Source: Malacoraja senta (Eukaryota). From it: a DNA stretch of 64,000 nucleotides. The position numbers and the translations under genes are program-made. The first letter of the stretch is position 1. Every line of letters starts with the position of its first letter. Shown here one piece after another: positions 59,796 through 64,000 of the stretch. The notes under the pieces are model-generated. The model did no database searches. It was not told the origin of the DNA and saw only the letters and a program-made list of their open reading frames with translations. Location: NCBI GenBank assembly GCA_038087875.1, contig JAXLNO010001275.1:186001-250000 (forward strand), read 5' to 3'.

Positions 59796-62700
59796 CACTC
59801 GGGCTAAAGAATGGATGAAATGCTATACTCTGAAATGTACGAATATATCTCGAATGAAGTTTTTTATTTTAATAAATTTTTCCATTCTTCTTTAACTATT
59901 TTTTTCTTTTCTGTTTTTTTTTTTTTTTTTTTTTTTCTTTCTCTCTCTTTTCTTCTCTCCCTTTTCTTTCTTTACTTCATCTATCTTTTTAGTTCTATCT
60001 AGTTTAAAAAAAACAAAAAAAGGCAAAAGGTATTGGAGACAATGTAATAATAATTGACAATATTATCAATTCAAAAATGTAAGACTGGTAATGATGTTAA
60101 TAGGTTGTGTACTTATCTCCAATAAAAAATATTTTCAAAAAAAAAAAAAACGAGCTAACTTATCTTTTGACATATGAGCTCTGTGAACCACCTTGAATTG
60201 TATCAAAGCGTGTCTGCACACATTGAAGAGGTATTAACTAATTGAAGGATCCTCTCCCATTTCTCTATAGATAAAGACATTTGGAGTTCTCTTTCCCAGT
60301 CATTATTAATTTTATCAAATGTATCTATTTGTAATTTTAAAATCAACTCATGAATAGTCGTTATTAATTCTTTCTGATAAGGGTTCAACTGTAAAAAAAA
60401 ATCAGAAATTTCGGGTTGTGGTAGCGGAAAAAGGGGTAGTTCCTTTTGTCTAATTTGTAAATATCTAAAAAAGTGTGAATTAGGTAAGTTATTGGAGAGT
60501 TGTTCGAAAGACATAAAACAACACTCCAAAAACAAATCACAAAAAGCTACTAATCCCTTCCTCTTCCATAACAAAAAAAATTGATCAGTACTAGATGGTT
60601 GGAAGAGAAATTTGGATAACATCAGATAGTCCAAAAAACTTATGAAATTGAAACCGTATTCGGAACGTATGTCTTATTATTGGGTTCGTCATATATTTAT
60701 TCAATCTCGTAATTGTAAAAGGTAACGAGGTCCCTAGAATAGAAGCCAATTATAGCCCTTGTAAGGAATCACGTTCTAGGTTTATCCATCCAGGGCATTG
60801 GGTATCTTCTAAATCTTTTGTCCAAAATGTTAAATAACGAACATTGACTGCCCAATAGTAGAGTCTAAGGTTCGGCATTGCCAAACCACCAACTTTTTTT
60901 GATTTCTGTAGGTATTTTTTACCTAGTCTGGCATTTTTATTCTGCCATATATATGAAGAAATTTTAGAGTCTATAATATCAAAGAAAGATTTGGCAATAC
61001 AAATTGGTATCGTCTGAAATAAATACAGAAATTTAGGTAAAATGAGCATTTTAATAGCATTGATTCGGCCAATTAAGGATAAGGACATTGGTGACCATTT
61101 AGTGAACTGATGTTTAATATGGTCAATTAAAGGAATAAAATTAGCTTTAAATAAATCCTTGTGTTTCTTGGTGATCTTAATACCTAAATAAGTAAAACTT
61201 TCGGTAGTCAATCTAAATGGAAACTGTCCATAACTCGAAACAAAAGTATATAATGGGAAAGCTCACTCTTACTAAGATTTAGTTTATAACCAGAAAAACT
61301 ACTGAATTGATTAAGTAATGCTACTATTGCCGGAATAGATTTCTCAGGGTTAGAAATAAATAATAACAGATCATCTGCATAAAGAGATAGCTTATGTGTC
61401 TTATTCCCACGGACAATACCAAAAATATTAGGGGATTCCCTAATAGCAGTGGCTAAAGTTTCCAAAGCAATATGAAATAGTAAAGGACTTAAGGGACAGC
61501 CCTGTCTAGTACCTCGAAAGAGCCTGAAAAAAGGGGATCTCTGATTATTAGTAAATACAGAAGCCTGAGGTATAAGATATATCAGTTTGATCCAAGAGAT
61601 AAATTTTGGACCAATCTTAACTTTTTCAAGTATATTGAATAAGTATTCCATTCTACTCTATCAATAGCCTTCTCGGCATCAAGTGAGATGACACATTCTG
61701 GGGTTTTATTAGATGCTGTATATACAATAGTTATTAATCTCCTAACATTAAAGAATGAGTAACGATTTTTAATAAAACCTGTCTGATCTTCAGAGATAAT
61801 TTGCGGTAAAATCTTTTCCAATCTCATAGCTAATATTTTGGAAAGAATTTTAAAATCTACATTTAACATTGATATAGGTCTATATGATGTCACTTCAGTA
61901 GGGTCTTTATCTTTTTTTTAAATTAAAGAAATAGAAGCTTCATAAAAAGATTGTGGTAATCTATTCCTTTAAAAAAGCTTCTTTAAATACCTTGCATAGC
62001 CATGGAGACAATAAATTTGAGAAATACTTTACAAATTCTACTGTAAACCCATCTAAACCGGGTGTTTTACCAGAATTCATTGAAAAAATTGCTCTCTGTA
62101 TTTCTTCTTCCGTGATGGGTTCATCTAACAACAGAGACTCATTGTATGGTAAATTTGGTAAGTTCAGTTTCTTTAAAAACTCATGCATTATATTGGAATC
62201 AGTAGGAAAATCTGATTGGTATAGGGAGGTATAAAATTCCTGAAAGGATTTATTAATTTCGTCATGGTCTACAGTTACTGTACCATCCCGTTTACTCACT
62301 TTAGTAATCTGACTCTTGGCCGACACTGCTTTCAATTGATTAGTAAGTAATTTACCAGATTTTTGCCATTTATATAAAATTTACTTTAGGTTTTAAGTAA
62401 CTGGTTCTCAATCGGTGATACTAATAACAAATCATATCTCAATTGAAGTTCAACTATTCTTATAGAGCTCTAAACTAGGAACTTTTGAATATTTTTTATC
62501 AATTTCTTTAATCTCGTCAGCCAATGTGCGTATTTCTTTTTGTGTTTGTTTTTTTAATCCCGCGGAGTATGAAATAATTTGTCCATGAATATATGCCTTA
62601 AAAGCATCCCAAACTATATCATTCGATATCTCTTCATTAGAGTTTGTCAAGAAGTAAAAAGCAATCTGATCTTTCATAAACTTAATAAAGTTTAAGTCTT

Positions 62701-64000
62701 GAAGCAAAGTAGCATTAAATCGCCATTGTTTAGCACTAAACTTGGAATCAGGTAGTTTGATCAATAGTTTCACTGGTGCATGATCAGAAATAGCAATTGC
62801 ATCATACTCACATGCAATGACGAATGGAATTAGCCGAGAATCTAGTATAAAATAGTCGATCCTAGAATAATTATGATATACATGAGAGAAAAATGAAAAT
62901 TCTTTGTCATTTGCGTGTAAGAATCTCCAAATTTCTAACATTCCCGAGTCAAGTAAAAAAGAATTAATAAAATTAGCTGATTTATTTGGAAGCACATGAT
63001 CAGATGTAGACGTATCAATCGAGGGATTCAAACAGCAATTGAAGTCTCCACCCATTATTAAAAAGTGTTCATTTAAGTTAGGAAAGGATGCAATTAACTG
63101 TTTAAAAAACTCAGGGTGATCAATATTTGGTGCATAGACATTCACCATAGTGACTTTTTGCCTATAAAGGACACCGGTAATCACCAAGAATCTGCTATAT
63201 GGATCAGAAATTGTTTCATGGTGAACAAACGGAATTGAGGGGTCGATAAAAATAGAGACTCCTTTCCCCTTAGCCTGTGAATTTGAATGAAACTGCTGTC
63301 CTCTCCAAAACTTGAAAAATCGTGACTTGTCATCTTGCCTTACATGAGTTTCCTGAACAAAGATAATCTGAGCATTTAGTCTGTGAAGAACTTTAAAAAA
63401 AAATCCTCTTAATGGGATGGTTCAAGCCATTCACATTCCATGAAAGGAACTTTATCCATATTGCTTGTAAAAATCATGTGGGATGTAATGGGTTAATTTC
63501 TTGAAGCCTAAAAGTTCATAATACTGGAAGAAGAAAAATCTAGGGCGGAGCCAGGTGACGACATTTCAGCCAATTTTGTAGTTCAGAATTTGCACAAATG
63601 GAGATCACTAAATAGGGAACAAAAGACCCCTCCCCCCTCCCCCCTCCCCCCTCCCACCCCTGTAGAACCCCAAACTGACCAAAAGACAGTCAGCAAACTA
63701 CCTAATCCCCTCCCCGATCCCATCTCTCCCAGTAACAGCGCTCAGCATAAAATGAATAATATTTAACCACTACGTCATAACACATTCGTTATTATCTCTT
63801 TGAGAGAGAAGAAAAAAAATACAGACTGGCATGGAATGCTGCTTATTATTATCCAAGGTCAAAATATGAAAAACAAGAACTGCGTTCTCTTAGTTTGTCT
63901 AACGACAGGGGAACACGAATTAACAAAGAAATTCTTAAAAGAATATATATAAAAGAAAAACAACTCGTCCAGTTAAATTCTTAATCATTACCAAACGAAA

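Larger units (their letters stand above)
53522..60145 (+). mobile_element. Full-length L1/Tx1-clade LINE with a 16-bp TSD
   Basis: 5' end gacttccggtggcgc, ORF1, long spacer, ORF2, 3' UTR, AATAAA and poly(A). TSD aaaaacgagctaactt at 53506-53521 and 60146-60161. Confidence 0.95.
51236..64000 (-). mobile_element. Antisense L1/Tx1-clade LINE (host element) interrupted by two younger insertions
   Basis: ORF2 pieces on the - strand: endonuclease (KFLSWNVNGLNHPIKR near 63440, MGGDFN, SDHAPV), RT (SLDAEKA, GTRQGCPLSP, LYADD) and C-terminus 53090-53329. The 3' UTR and poly(A) signal end near 51240, within a reverse CR1. Confidence 0.9.

Overview
Vertebrate genomic DNA, most likely a cartilaginous fish (skate/ray/shark), judged from V-SINE/HE1-like SINEs, CR1, Penelope-like and L1/Tx1 repeats and an elasmobranch-style MHC class I gene. 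Most of the window is transposon-derived. One host gene is recognisable on the + strand: an MHC class I-like heavy-chain gene with a leader exon (4709-4760), an alpha1 exon (24782-25042), an alpha3-type Ig-C1 exon (44757-45023) and a transmembrane exon (47713-47820). All four exons are open, have GT-AG boundaries and are phase 1. I could not find an alpha2 exon in the 19.7 kb between alpha1 and alpha3. The default splice therefore gives an in-frame two-ectodomain (alpha1+alpha3) class I-like chain, which is the most interesting observation; it needs confirmation by homology search, RNA-seq and read support. An SXY-like module lies just upstream of the leader. The repeats include a hAT nested in a hAT nested in a SINE tail, a Harbinger MITE, a solo LTR, a non-autonomous DIRS element with an intact internal complementary region, a full-length L1 with a 16-bp TSD inside an antisense L1, and many Penelope terminal repeats with hammerhead-ribozyme-like cores. 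There is one assembly gap (55332-55604). All calls were made by eye without tools.
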